From Camelus ferus (lineage: Eukaryota), in assembly GCF_009834535.1 (NCBI RefSeq), contig NC_045708.1, positions 62,001-126,000 on the forward strand: 64,000 nucleotides of DNA, read 5' to 3'. The notes beneath the pieces are model-generated. The model saw only the letters and a list, made by a program, of their open reading frames with translations. It did no database searches and was not told the origin of the DNA. The translations under genes were made by a program, and so were the position numbers. Shown piece by piece: positions 12,372 through 25,747 of this stretch; position 1 is the first letter of the stretch; each line of letters begins with the position of its first letter.

Positions 12372-12857
12372 GCTGGTGTCAAACGTCTAGTCCTTCAGTG
12401 CCAGCTGCTCTGATGCAGATTTCCCCGCCCCTGCCCTTCAACAGCTTATTCTCCTTTTGGTTGTGGATGCAAAAAAACACAATTGAAAACACATAACTTA
12501 AAGAGGAAAGGAATAAGTTTCCAAAGACTCTCTGGGGATGACTATCGACCTGAGTGCAGATGGCTTAGGCACTTGAACCTGGGCCAGGGGGTGGGGGCTC
12601 TGTATCCTGGGCAGCTGCAGACAAACCAAAGACATCACACCGTGCCCGCTGGCCCCGGGGGGAGCCACGACTGCTTGGCATCCTGACTTAAGGCAGAGCC
12701 GTGCTCCAGATAAGCTTCCCTCATGGGGTAGGTGTGTCTCACCTGCCACCATGGGTGCAGCGGTTGGCAGGTTCCCTGGTGCCGGTTTACATCCCCACGG
12801 CCGCCACTCCAGGGACTGGAACAGCACTTGGTACTTTCTGGTCTTTTATGTTGTAAA

Positions 12858-12863
12858 AATAAA
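12858..12863 (+). terminator. SAMD11 polyadenylation signal AATAAA
   Basis: First plus-strand AATAAA after the SAMD11 stop, about 490 nt downstream. Confidence 0.75.
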
Positions 12864-12994
12864 GCCTTGTCCAGCATCTACTGCCCTTTCACCCCGCACG
12901 GGTGCTGACCTCAGGGCCTCTAGGCTCCGCACCGGCCAGGAGGCAGCATGCGAGTGATGAGGTGTGAAGACTGTGCAGCAGCCCCTGCAACCCC

Positions 12995-15900
12995 TCAGTC
13001 ATCCTCGGAGAGCTGTAGATCCTGCAGCTCGTCCTCTGGTCCCTGGGCCAGCCACCACAGCTCCTGGGGGCCTAGCCCCGCCTCTGTGTCTGGGCTTCCA
13101 TCTGCAGAGAGAAAGCACGGCTACATAAATTCTGCTTTATCAGGAAGAAGCCAGACTTGGAGGTTACTCATCACTAATTAATCACAGCACTAATTAATTT
13201 ATCGGTGCTACTGCTGCTGGCTGCCAGAGCAAACGGGAATGGAGCAGCTGGCCCGGCATCCCTAGGGAGGGGCGTGGGCCCAGCTTCCAGCCGACAGCCC
13301 TGCACACCCACCAAATCCCATGACAGCCTTGGGCTCCAGACAGATGGGTTCAAAGACCACAGGACCCCTCACTCTCTGGAACCACTTACCTTCTGACTTA
13401 ATGCCTTCCTCGCTGCTGCTGCTGCTGCTGCTGCTGCATTCCTCCTCCTCCTCCCTCTGCCAAGCTCTCGGGGACCCAGATGTCCCTGAAGACCAAGGAC
13501 AAGAGCCCATGGTAGTAGGCCCACCAGAAAATGCAGAGCGGGCAGCTAAGGTGGGAGGGTGGGCTAGGTGCACAGTCCTGCACCCAGCCTTCCCTCAGGC
13601 CTCCTTTGTGCAAGTGGAGAAGATTCAGAACTAACCCTGAAAAGTGATGGGGTTGTGGGGTTGGGGAGGGGGACAAGGCCTAGGGGCATGTGTTCCAATT
13701 CCAGGAGGGCCCCCGCCTCAAAGCTATCCAAGTGGTGGGAGAAGAGGTGAGGGAGTGGTGACAAGCACTCAGCAACATGAGAGCTGGGGCACTTCTGGCT
13801 CCACCAGGTGGGAATCCTGCCAGGCCCACCTGCTCCTCCTCCCCCAACCCCCGCCCCAGCAAGAGCAGAGACATGGACCCCCGACCTCTCTCTGGGAAGT
13901 CCGGGGCATCGTCGTCCTCATCACTGTCCAGGTCAAAGAGGTCCTTGAATTCTGCCCTGTCCTCATCCTTCCTGTCCCCCACCTTGCGCCGCTTTACCTC
14001 TGGGAAGTTCAAGTCTTCCAGCTGGGAGGACAGGAACCCAGAGCAGCAGTTGAGGGTGGGCCCTCTCCACCCGACCCCCGGAGCCACGGCCTGGCCACGT
14101 CACACAGCAAGAGCCCTGACTCACATTCCCACAGACAGGCTTTACCCAGACCCACGGTCCTGCTTCCCCACCTTCAGCACCCCCTTCAAGCCTCCAGCCC
14201 ACCCCCTCGCAAGGACCGTGCTTGGCTGCTTTTGCTAGCCAACTCCTGGGATTCTTGCTTAGTATCATGGGGTGGGGTTCCTTGACGGCTGCCCCCCCTG
14301 GGAGGCCACTAAATGCCATCGAAGCTGCAGGCCCCCACCTTCCTGTTCCCAGATTTTCGGCCATCACTCCCAAGACAGATGGTAAACCCATACTGAAACC
14401 AGGACAGAGATGCGGGATGCAGACAGTAGTGCCACTTGGCACAAAGCTGTCCCCTTAAGTCACACCATCCCGTACCCAATAGCTAGGCCCAGATTCTAGC
14501 CCCTCCCTGCTGGACCTCTTGGTGTCCACAGGCTGGCCTGGGTGACAAGGTCAGTTCAGCATTCGCTCCCCCAAAATCCCCAGCCCATCAGGCCTGAGGC
14601 AAGGGAGCAGCCTCTCCTCCTAGGAGCCATGAGAGGATTCAGACTGTGCCCAGTTCAGCTCACCATCTACCCTGTCAGAGCAGCCAGAGCACCCAGACAG
14701 GCTGCACCTGGGCGTGGCCGGGACAGCCCCTACACCCACGCTGACGTCCCTCAAGCTGTGCCCATGCCCCCGCCCCTGCCCCCCTACCCGCTCTTTGCCG
14801 CTGATCTCCAGCTGGATCTCTCGATCCCTCAGCTTACGCCACTGGCTGTAGTACTTGGTGAGCGGGGTCCCCTCCTCTCGGGTCCGCTTCTCCCAGGCGT
14901 CCTGTGGGGAGAGGTTCAGGGTCATGTCCCACCCCAGCAAGCTCCTGAACCCCAGATACACACTGACCGGTGCCCCCAGGGCCCAGGCGCCAGCCCCCAG
15001 CTGACCACCGCGTGCTGGTCGGACACGCCGAACGGGACCCTCTGGCGGAGGCTGCGGATGTGCTCTGCATTCTCCTGCACCTTCTCCAGTAGCTGGCGCA
15101 CCTGACGGCAGTAATTGGCCACCTTGCACTCTCGGAGGAAAGATTTCAGCTGCAGAAGAAAGGGGAGCTCAGCCTAGCTCCAGGCACAGGGCTGCCCTGC
15201 ACCCCACGCGTGGTGATCACAGGCAGGCAAGGGGATCGCGAGGTCCTGTGTCTTAGAGCCCTGGTGAGCGTGCTGGGGGAGGGGCCTGCGTGAGCTCTTG
15301 GCCCAGCCCTCAGGGAGCCTGTGGAGGCTGAGGGCTGCAGAGGCCAGGCAGAGGGCAGAGCAGCTGGCGGGGTGTAGCTTGGGTCGACCTCCAGGCCACA
15401 TCCCCACTGACTCTGTCTGTAAGTAAAGCTGTCCTCACACACAGCACGTTCGTTCCTGAGTTTCTATGACTGTTTTTTGCCCTCCCTCAGGAGAGTCAAA
15501 CAGTTGTAAGAAACCATGTGACTGCAAAGCCTAAAACATTTACCATTTGACTTTTTACCAAAAACGTTTACTGAACCCCTTTCCAGACCACGATCTCTGA
15601 GACTCACAAACAGAGCCTTGCACACACCTGTGTCTGGGTGGGCCTCTGAGCAGCCCTGCCCTACTCACCCGCAGCCTGTGACTGGGGGGCTGGTTCTGCC
15701 CACCAGGGCCAAACAGGCCCAGGCCTCCCTGAGATGAGAGACACCTAGGCTGAAAGTAACACCCCTCCAAAGGGCCCAGAGGAGCTTCTGAGAAGGAGGA
15801 CCCCACCCCACCCCCAAGTATTACCTGAAGAAAAGCTGAGGTGGGTGGCCAGGGCGTCCTGCTGCCCTGAGACTATCCTACCTCCTCACCCATGCCCAGG

Positions 15901-18900
15901 ACCACCTGGGGAAGCATGTACTCAGACCAGCCCAACCCAAAACTGGGGGGCCAGGTCCAGCCTGCTCAGTCCCAACACCCCCCAGGAGACCTTACAGCTA
16001 GTCTGGCCCTTGGGATGTGGCCGGCTGGGGAGGGGCCGCTTGATGCACCGGCCAGCCCCACCCCACAGGCTCCACACCCCCTGTGCTCAGACCCCGATAC
16101 CACAGCTCCTGGGATCCAGCTGCCAGGTAGTGTCGGCAGAGACCTCAAGCTGGCCAGGCTCTGCCACTGGCCCTGTGACTGTGACACAGCTGTGTAAGGG
16201 GAGCTAGCCCCCTAGGAGACAGTCTGGTCTGCTGAGGGATCGGGGCAGGGTGGGGCAGCGGGCACACACCTGCAGGACAGCGGGCAGCGCCAGCTCAGGG
16301 AATGCGATGCTGTGGGCCTGACTGTGCAGGTACTCCAGGGTGAGGTCATACAGCTGCTCGACCAGACCATCCTGAGAAGTGAGGGAGAGGACAGCGTCAG
16401 GGCAGACGGCGGCTCACAGGCTGGTGTGTCAGCTTGCCCCCTAGTTTGGGGACCCAGAGGACCTGACCCCATAGCCTCCCTGGGCCACACTCAGGTTCCC
16501 CAGGGTGGGGGCCCAGGAGCACCTGCTCCCCCAACCCCAGGAGACCCACAAGGTTCAACTCCAGAGGGCAGTCAGCCTCCTCCTTTCCACACTCATCTGC
16601 CTCCACCCTGCGGGCTGACCCCAGAGCCCATCCAACACCCACCCAGTGTACTCCTTGGACCCCTCCTAGAGACTGGCCTCACCCGGTACGCCTTCTCCTG
16701 CAAGTTAACCTTGGACAGCTTCAGGATCACAGCAAAGTTGATGGGCCTGGAGCTCATGCGCCCTGGTCTCCTGTTGAAGTCGACCTGCTGGAAAACCTGC
16801 CCCAAGGACCCTGTCAGCCCAGCCCATACTCTGCGTCTCTGGAGACCCAACCTGAGACCAGGGACAAGTGGCCAGATGCAGTGCCAGCCCCATGGCCCCA
16901 GATGCCCCTGTCAACAGTCTGCTTGCCTTCCAGAGCTCCAGCCCCAGAAGAGTCCCTCTGCCCTAGAGGGGGCCCTGGCCAAAGATGCAGGAGAGCGCGG
17001 ACCAGGAGAGCGCGGGCGCACACGCACGCACCTGTGCACACGCACGCACCTGTGCACAGACACACACACTGCTGCTGCCCTTCTAAACTGGGTCAGGAGG
17101 CCGTGAGAACCAGCACCTGGAGACGAAGAACAGTCCCTCCCACATAGGGCTACCATCACTGCAGTGTCCTCACCCACAATCAAATCCCCAAGGCCTGGTC
17201 CTGGCTCCAGGGCTACCTCCCCAGGAGGAATTCACCAAGGGACAGAAGTTCTCAGGCAGGGGCCTGGGCAGCTCCCATCCCACGTCCTACCCAAGGGGAG
17301 CAGGGTGGGAGCTGTGCCAAGCCTTTCACCAGGGGACCCCTCCCCATCACTCTCACTTGGGGTGATCCAGGGTGCGTCCCTGAGGAAGTGGGTGGCAGAT
17401 GCTGGGGAGACCTAACCGAGGAAGGCCCCCAACAGGAGACACCATGGAGCAGGGAGGGGGAGATGCTTCACAGCTGAGCTCAGCTCAGGGCAGCTGTGAC
17501 ACTATGACAAATGGTTCCCTGGGAGGGCACTGCCTTTCTCAAGCTCTGGCGCAGCCTGAGGGGGGAAGCTGAATTCCCACATAGGGCTGCTCTCGCCCCA
17601 GGGACAGACAGCAGGGGCCCTTCAGAGCCTGTGTGGTTTGTTTTCTCTGAGAGGAGAGGCCCGCAGCCCTGGCTGCGAGAAGAACATATGGGGGGGGGGG
17701 GCAGCTGCAAGCTGAGGAGGTGCGAGCACACAGATTAGTAAAGATGGAAGAAAAAAAAAATGACTGTGGGAGATCATGGACAGACAGACAGAGGCCAAGA
17801 GCTGGCCAGCAGGGAGAGGCCTAGAGCAGGGACACCAAGCCAAGGGCCCCAGGGCCAACTCAGTGGTCATCTGAGGGGAACAGATGTGTCCGAAAAACAC
17901 TCTTAAGAGCATGAAGATTTCATGTCTTGTCCCAGGGGGCTCCCCTCTCTCTCCACCAGTGCACAAACAGCCGTGATGAGCACCGCTCTGAGCTGTCCAG
18001 AGGTGGGGCGGAGGCCTAATGAGGGAGGCTGTGAGTTGCCAAGTGTGCGCTGCACTGGGGCCCAACCCCCAGTGGATCTCTGGTGCTCGGACTGCAGCCT
18101 TTCTCACCTAAGCTACACAGACACACATGTGCACACGTATACACACAGGGGCACTCAAGCAGAGGAATGAGAAAAGAATACAGCTTTGCAATCAGACAGG
18201 GCTTTGGCCCAGCTCTCTGGCTCACTCTGATCTTGGGCAAACACCGGATCAACCCAAGTCTGTGCCCTAAAATCGGCACCCTCGGGCCAGCCCCAAAGAG
18301 CAGCTGACCTCATCTATGGTGCCACCCTTGCCTACAACACACACCACCAGCCTGGGCAGGCGCGGTGCACAGCAACACCCTCTCGAAACTGCCTGCTACA
18401 GGCGAGCACTCAGGAGGAGGTGCCCTCAGGAGAGCTGCGCTGCGGAGGGCAGCGGGGCCACGTGCAGCAGGAAGCACCCCCGTCCCTGCCCGACCCACTG
18501 AACCCACTCACCTCGAGGATGAAGGGCAGCACCGGGATGAAGGTGCCCGTGCTCTCCGAGAGCAGCGTCAGGGCACGCACACAGTGCATGCGCAGCGGGT
18601 AGAAGCGGGCGGTGGGGACCAGCCTGGGAACGTGGGAGGTGGGAGTGAAGAGGCCCCAGCCTCACAGACCCCCCAAACTAGCCTCACCCTCTTGGCCCAG
18701 CTGCCCCTGACCCCTCCCAACCCATGGGGCTCCAGCCTCCTCCCCATCAGGGTCAGCAGACACCCCTGCCCACCCGACAGAAAAGGGCAGGACAAGAGGC
18801 CTCAACTGCAGTCCCAGCTTTAAGGACCTGCCTCCTTGCTCAGTGATTGGGGTAGGGGACACCCAGCCTGGCTATTAACTCAATTTCATTTCAGTGCATG

Positions 18901-21900
18901 AGGCAGCGAGGCAGCAGGTGGCAGAGTCACTCATTCAAGCCTGTCTTTCTTCCCTTCAGGAGGACAGGAACGCCCTCTCCTGGCCACAGGTGGCTCCTCC
19001 AGTCTCTGCCCCCAGAGACAGATGCTGAATGTTCACACCAGACCTGCTCTATCCCGGACACCCATGCAGGTAAACTCAAACTCCCTTCAAACTGCACACA
19101 GAGTCACAGGAATGCACGAGTGTCTGCATCCCAGACTAGGGCACTAGGAGGCGTTCACATCACAGGCAACTGAGAAACGCAGCTGACAATGATTCTGGGA
19201 CATTCTCACACCCTGGGCACAGGGTTAGGGTCACGCAGCCTCACTCCCAGCCCTTCTAAGGTTCTTTCAAGTCAGACCCCCACTCCCTGGAGGCCCCAGC
19301 CACCAGGAATACTGGCCAGACCCTCCTGGCCCTCCAGGATGCCTCCTCGTAAAACTCTGACCCTTCTGTGACCTCTAGGACAGCCTCCTGCAACCTTGTC
19401 CCCAGACGGCCCTGTGTAACCCTGGCCTTGACCTCTTTCGGCCCTCAGGGGGCCCTGACTCACTTGATGCAGCCAATGATAACCTGGGAAAGGGGGTAGA
19501 TCAACGGCCGGAGAGCTTCACTTGGGCAGATGGTGCTGAGCGCGCGGCACCACAGGTAGAGGCAGTGCACAAACTGCCAGTTGTATACTGACTGGTACGT
19601 CTCCTGCGCAGAGTGAAGTGGACCTTCGGGTCAGCCACCCACCGGTCCCCTCCTCCCACTCCCACAGCCCCCACCAAGGCGCTGAGTTGCCTCTCCCAGG
19701 AGTCCCCAGGCCCGCAGTGGGTCAGCTCTCGGGCTCCCCACCCCACAAGCCCCGCTGCACACCTTCCTGCGCGTGGTCATAGCGTTGCGCAGGTGGACGG
19801 CAAGCTGGCGGATGTAGAGGAAGGCGTGCTGGTAGGTGATGCCAGTGTCCAGGGCCAGCAGCTCCGCCAAGGTCCGCTGCATGAAGCTGATGAGTGGCAG
19901 GGCGCTGGGGGAGGTGAACTTGCAGTTCCTCACGTACATGATGTACATTTGCTGCCGAGACACCCACGGTGAGAGCCACCTCTGAGCTCCCAGGGCCCTG
20001 TGCCCCACTGCCCAGCTCCACGCCACCACCAGACACCTGGGCCTTTCCCACAGAGCTGGCCTCAGCAGGAATAACAGCCATGTCTGCTACAGACCCCTCC
20101 CCTAAACAACACCTGATGCTGGGGCCCCTGACTGCTGCTCAGTCTCCGCATGTGTGCACCCACCAGCCTCGGGCACAGAGAAGGGTCTCACAGGGGGGCC
20201 AGGTACCCAAGGGGCAGCAAGCTGCAGCATGAATAACCGTGGGAATAGGCAAGGACCAGGAGGGAAGGGGACAGAGAAGCCCCTGCCGTGTGCCAGGCGA
20301 CACAGGAAGCTCCAGGGATGTGGGGCAGGCCACCCCGGCTTAAGAGCCAGGCAGCAGGATCCCTGTCCTTCTCTATGCCCCATGTCCTTGTCCACTGAGG
20401 GGAGAGCTGGGCGGAGCAGTCCACGTGGAGCCGCAGGGGGACCAAGGGCTCCCGTCCCACCCCCCACTTCTGGGGGGAAACCATGGCGAGGGCCTAGGTC
20501 TGCCCAGGGTCATAGTGCCTACAAGGAGCACAAACCGCAAGGCAGCCTGCCCAGCCCTAAGATGAGACTTAACCCAGACCCCGATGGACAGCCTCAGGAG
20601 CACCACTACCTTGAGGACAGGGCTCAGGAAGGCGTCTTTCTTGTGCCGGCAGACCTTGATGAGGACCAGGAAGGCCAGCACTCGCAGCGTCTCCTCACCC
20701 GTGCTCCACAGGACCACCATCCTCTGCAGAGACTAGGCGTCAGTGCCTGTCCCCGCCTCCCCAAGCCCCACCACACTTGAAGACAGCGCCCCAAAGTGCC
20801 CCAGGGAGACCCACAAGTTAGAGCTCAATCCAGGAGAAGCAAAAACGGGAAACAGAGCACACTGCCCCTCCTAAAGGCCTCATGGGAAAAACTGACCTCT
20901 ACCAGGCACATGTATACACACGCGCGTCAGAAAGCTCACACACACACACACACACCCTCACACACACACCACCAGAGGAGCTGGTCCTCATGTGACTGGG
21001 CTGTGCTGCCCTGAGGATGCTGCCGGGACAGAGCCCGGGAGGGGATGCCATCTGCGCGCTGGCTGGCAGCGGGGCCAACTCTGGACGGTGTACCTTGAGC
21101 AGCATGCGGCACTGCTTGGGGAAGGTCAGGTAGTAGAGCACGGAGCTGCTGATGTGCTGGAGGACAGCCGCTGCGACTGTCACCTCTGCCACACAGGCCA
21201 CCAGCTGAGGAAGCAGGAGAGGTCAGCGAGGCCCACATACGAGAGAGGCCTGGACCAGTGGACCCAGCCAGACACCCGCATGACCCAGCAGGCCCTGCCC
21301 CCCCAAGAGCTGCACCTGTACGACAGAGCTCAGGTAAGCTTTGATGTCCAGCCGGAGCTTCCCCCACAGTGGGCTGCTGGACGGCGACAGCACCCTGCAG
21401 AGAGAACACACCCAGCCCATCCAAGTGAGCACCACAGCTCAGACCCTAGGCTGCCGGGAGGCAGGGGTAAGCCCCAAGCCACGTCCCTTCCAAGACACAG
21501 TGTCCAGGGCACATGTGGTAAGACCACCCATCTTTCCCACAAAAAGGCCAGGGGCCCTTCCAGTGAACCGACAAGGGAGATGCACCAGGACTCTCTGAAG
21601 GGTGGCCCACACCTATGCCTGAGGAGGGGTACCACCAAGTCCCAAGCCCCCCTACAGGCCACCCCACCCAGCCAGAGGGCTGACTGTCCCCCTAGTCTGA
21701 GCCCAGAGCCAGAGTCCCAGAGGGTCCTGTGGCCTCCAGCTCCCTCCACCACTCAGGCACCTACACTCTGCAGTCTTGGGTCTAACCCTGTCATCCCTTG
21801 GCCCACAAGTGCCTTAAAAGACATCTACGTTTCAGCAATAATGGCTAATGCTCCTCGAAGTTTCTCAAAGGCGTCACCCCTCAACATTCATGGAACTCAG

Positions 21901-24900
21901 CACATAGCAGGTGCTCATTAAATCTGCTGATGTGTGAAGAACAAAGGGCAAGGGCCCCTGGAAGTCCTTCATCGGCTGGCACCAGCTGCTGAGCACCCAG
22001 GGCTGCGACCCAGGAAGCAGCGCTGTTTCTTCCCCAAGCCCACCGTCCTTCATGGTGACCACCCTTCCCAGTGCAGCCGCCCCCAAGGGAGCCCACTCCC
22101 AGGCAACGCCAGCACCATGCGCACTGCCTGTCCCCTCCATTGGCCAGTCCCTCAGCTTCCCCATTCCCTTCACACAGAGCCACCTCCACGTGGCCACACC
22201 TTCCTGACCCATCAGTCCAGCCCTGACCATGCCCACCAGGCCCAGGTACTCCCATCTTCAAGTCCACTGCCTTCTCAGCCTCCCCTTCAGGTGGCCACAG
22301 CAGAACCTCACCCTGGAGCCTTCTTTTCCCTTTTGAAAGGTCGTCTGGGGTGAGTTTGATCCTCTGGGCCCTTACTGCTTCCAGGTCATGTGGCTATAAG
22401 CTCCTCTGACCCCAATGTAGTCCCCAGGTCACAAAACGTCTGCTGCTCCTCCCTCTCCTCTGAAGACCTTCCACAGCCTTCTCAGCTCAATCTACTTCTA
22501 ACATAGCAGTCAGGGTTCTCAAACCCCGCAAGTACCAGGCCCCTGCCAGACACAACACACACGCCAGCCACAGAGCAGAGAGCAGGGAGAGTAGATGAGA
22601 CTTACTTGTCCAGAGAGGAAGGAAGAGAACCCTGAACTGGGAAGGTAGGGGAAGAGAGCCTACAAGCACACACTCTATGGCCCCTAAGGGATTCTGAGCA
22701 GAGTAGAAACGAAGAAGGAGGAGGGATGGGGCTCCGAGTGCCCAGCCTCTCCCAAGAGCTCCACAAAGAGCCTGGCTCTGTCCTCAACATCCCTCTGTAC
22801 CAGGTGGGTCTGGAGGGGGCCACCAGGTCCCAAGGCATCTGCCTTCCCCAGGGCAGGACCCTGACCATGTCTCCCCATTCTACCCTCTTCCCTCTTACCT
22901 GCTGCTGTCCTTTGGGGCTTTTCCAAACAGCAGCTTCTGGAGACAGCCAAAGAGATCTCTGATGCAGAAGGTGACCAGAGCATTGAACACTGCAATGAGG
23001 GGACCAGAGATGCCACTCACAGGACAGAAGATGAAACAGAGAGCCCGCATCTGGGGTCCCCTCACCCTAGCTCACCAGCACTGTCTGTGACCTGGAATTT
23101 GCTGCCCTCAGCACCTTCCTGGTCTCCTTGGGTGGTGGCCACGGCTGCTCGGAACGCCTGCACAACTTCATGGAGCAGCTTTGGAGTCAGGTGCTGCTAA
23201 AGGGGCAAGAGGACCCAGAACGCTGGGGGAGCAGTAGGCTGTGCTGGGGAGAGCGAGAGCAGCAAGCTGGGGCCCTACCTAGGAACCTGCTCCGTGAGAG
23301 AAAGGCTCCCTTGCCCACATCCCCAGACAAAGAACAGAGACGGGGGCAGTGTTACTGAGCCGTGTGCAGGGAACAAAAAGAGTCCAGAATCCTCCTGGAA
23401 GGGCCATGGAGGGGGCACTGAGAAAGCCAGCTCCAAGTGGTATCTGGAGTTCTCCCTTTCTGTCCTTTCTTTTCCCTGCAGAAACCACTGCAAGGCCTGC
23501 AGAAGATGGGCCCTGGCTCCCCCAACTAACAAAGGCACAGAGAGTATGCCCACAGTGGATGGCAGGATCCCTGGAGAAAAACTGAGCGGAAGGAAGCAGG
23601 TGGAGCCCCTAGTCTCTGAGTGAAAGACAGAATGCAGTTCTGAACCCTCCTAGCACGCAGGGAAACCTGTGAGATGCTTCTGAGCTGAATGGGACACTAG
23701 GGCCAGGGCTCAGAGAAGGGGTCCTCTCATCCGCACAGCCCCAGGTCACTGAAATGAGGTAAGGGCAGGCTCCTGAGGGCGAGGGGCGGGGTCAGCTGCC
23801 CACCCCACGCCACTTCTCACCTTTGCTGCCTGCTTCCATCTCTCAACCATGGCAAGGGTCACAGGGACAGAATCCCTCCTCTTCCCCATAGGTCCTCTGG
23901 GGACCCTGTCGTCCTCCTCCTCATCTTCCTCCTCCTCACTTGCTTCCTGCACCAGATGCAGAGGGCCAGGCTGGACAGGATGTAGAGGCCACAAATATGC
24001 CCCTGCCCCCGACCCAACTGTGCACAAGATCTCACCTCCAGTGTGTTTGGCAGGGAGTGGAGTCGCTCCTCTTCATCCTCAGAGCTGTCTGAATCACTAA
24101 AGTTCAGCAGGCTCTGGTCATTTTCCTGCAAGAACTTGTAGAACTCGGGGTCTTTGTCCTTCAGCCGAGAAAGCTGGTCCTTGTGCTCAGACGCACGGCC
24201 CTTACGCTGGCTGAGGAAGTGGGGGTGATCAAGTCTGAGTGGCAGGTAGAGTCAAGAAAGGAGGCTGAGGGGTGAGGCTTCCTGTCCACCTCGCTATCAG
24301 CTCACCGTCCTCTTCGGAGAATCTGTGAGGGTTAGTCCCCTCCCTTCGCAACAGCTCCCAATAACCAAGGCAGGGGGGTTTCCAGAGAGTAAGTTTTCTG
24401 CAGATCTCTCTCTCCTCCAAAACGCAGACTCCTACATCCAACAGCCTCTCTATATGTATGTTTCAAAGCACACGTTTCAAACCCAACACAGACAACGCAG
24501 AACTTGCAGTTTCCCCCCAACCTTGCTCTACCCACACCCTGCTCTATCTCAGCTGTTGCTAACTCCACCTTTCAGAGGAAAGATGAACTTCTCTTTGTCT
24601 CTCACACCCAGCATGCCATGTGTCACGAGATCTCATCATCAGTACTTTCAAAACCTCTCATGACTCCTCTCAAATCAGCAGCCTCTCTCAGTTCGCTCGT
24701 CATCCCCTGCTGCTTACAACCTGTTCTCAGCACAGCAACCCAGGGGACCCTTGCAGAACACTATGGATCACGTGACATTACTTCACTACTCAAAGCCCTG
24801 GGATAACTTCCCATTGCACTAGGATAGCATACAAATAGTCTACAAGATCCCGCCCCATCATTACTCCTCCAGATTCACCTCTTCCTACTCTCCCCCTCAT

Positions 24901-25747
24901 TCCTGCCACAGCCATGCTCACCTCTGTGGAAGGCTCACTCTCACCTCAGGACCTTTACTCCTGCTGCCAGAAACACAGAGACATTCCTCCCCTACCGTTA
25001 CACAGTTTGCTCCCTCAGGTTTTGCTCAATCATCACCTCCTTAAATGGTCTTACTCTACTTAACGCTGCAGCAGACGCTCCCAGCTGTGCTCCCTGTTCC
25101 TCTAGCTCTTTCTGCTTTCCCTCCCTGTCTGCAGCAGTTACGTGTTCTACCATACTACATACTGTGATTTACCCAACACTAGGCAAGCTCCCCTAGACCA
25201 AAAAGGAATACCGTACCCCAACGCTTGCCCAACACCTGAATGACCTGGCACAGAGCAGGCACCCCGTAAGCACCGGATGGAAGAATAAACAAGCCAAAGG
25301 GTCTGGGGATGGGGTCAGAAGTCCACAAACCTCAGTCCAGAGGCCCCAAGAGTGGTCAGCAGCCCTGGGGTGTAAAGGGCCAGGACGATTATGGGAATTC
25401 TGCTTACACACGCTCCACTTACCTAGCAAAAGGGGTCCCGCCTGGCCCACCCAAACTCCGCACGTCTCCGCGCGCCGCCCGCGTCTCCGCTTCTGGGGCT
25501 CCTTCGGGCTCGGATTCGGATTCAGAATCAAAGCCCGAGGCCAGGAACTCGTCCACCGTCAGCTCCGCCAGGCGTCTGCGGGCCATGCCGTCAGGGTCAC
25601 TCCTCCCAGCCAGCCCGATGTGCCCTAGCCCTGCCGCCCCAGGAACACAGAGAGGCGCAAGGGGAGCCCCTCTGGATGCAAGCGTCCGCCCGGAGGCCAG
25701 ATCGGATCGCGCCCAACTCACCGTTTGCGGCTCCGCGCCGCCGCCAT
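12995..25747 (-). CDS. NOC2L: Nucleolar complex protein 2 homolog (NOC2-like, NIR), 749 aa
   Basis: 19 exons in transcript order: 25722-25747, 25423-25575, 24036-24210, 23821-23946, 23076-23196, 22899-22989, 21316-21394, 21094-21204, 20610-20723, 19763-19951, 19464-19603, 18512-18623, 16683-16796, 16270-16371, 15006-15149, 14788-14901, 13886-14021, 13390-13485, 12995-13101. Sum 2250 nt, all GT-AG. N-terminus [29 protein letters not shown]; internal [15 protein letters not shown] and [16 protein letters not shown]; C-terminus [12 protein letters not shown]. Confidence 0.97.
13412..13435. repeat. (GCT)8 coding repeat, poly-Ser in NOC2L exon 18
   Basis: gct x8 read directly; minus strand AGC x8 in the NOC2L frame. 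Confidence 0.9.
15419..15580 (-). mobile_element. MER58A-like hAT-Charlie DNA transposon remnant in NOC2L intron 14
   Basis: gtaagtaaagc...ctgcaaagcctaaaacatttaccatttgactttttaccaaaaacgtttactgaacccct follows the recalled reverse-complement MER58 end (gcaaagcctaaaatatttactatctggccctttacagaaaaagtttgccgacccctg). Confidence 0.75.
24400..25290 (+). mobile_element. Ancient L2 LINE 3' portion in NOC2L intron 2
   Basis: C/T-rich L2-like words (ttctcagcacagcaacc, aaagccctgggataacttcccattgcact, ctcaggacctttactcctgctg) ending in cctggcacagagcaggcac...gaagaataaa, like the L2 terminus. Confidence 0.6.

Noticed and set aside
13140-13174. Box C (GTGATGA) and box D (CTGA) on the NOC2L strand suggesting an intronic snoRNA
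   Set aside because: The boxes are only about 25 nt apart with no terminal stem; too short.
20992-21921. 309-aa plus-strand ORF
   Set aside because: Antisense to NOC2L exons 7-8; no independent coding signal.
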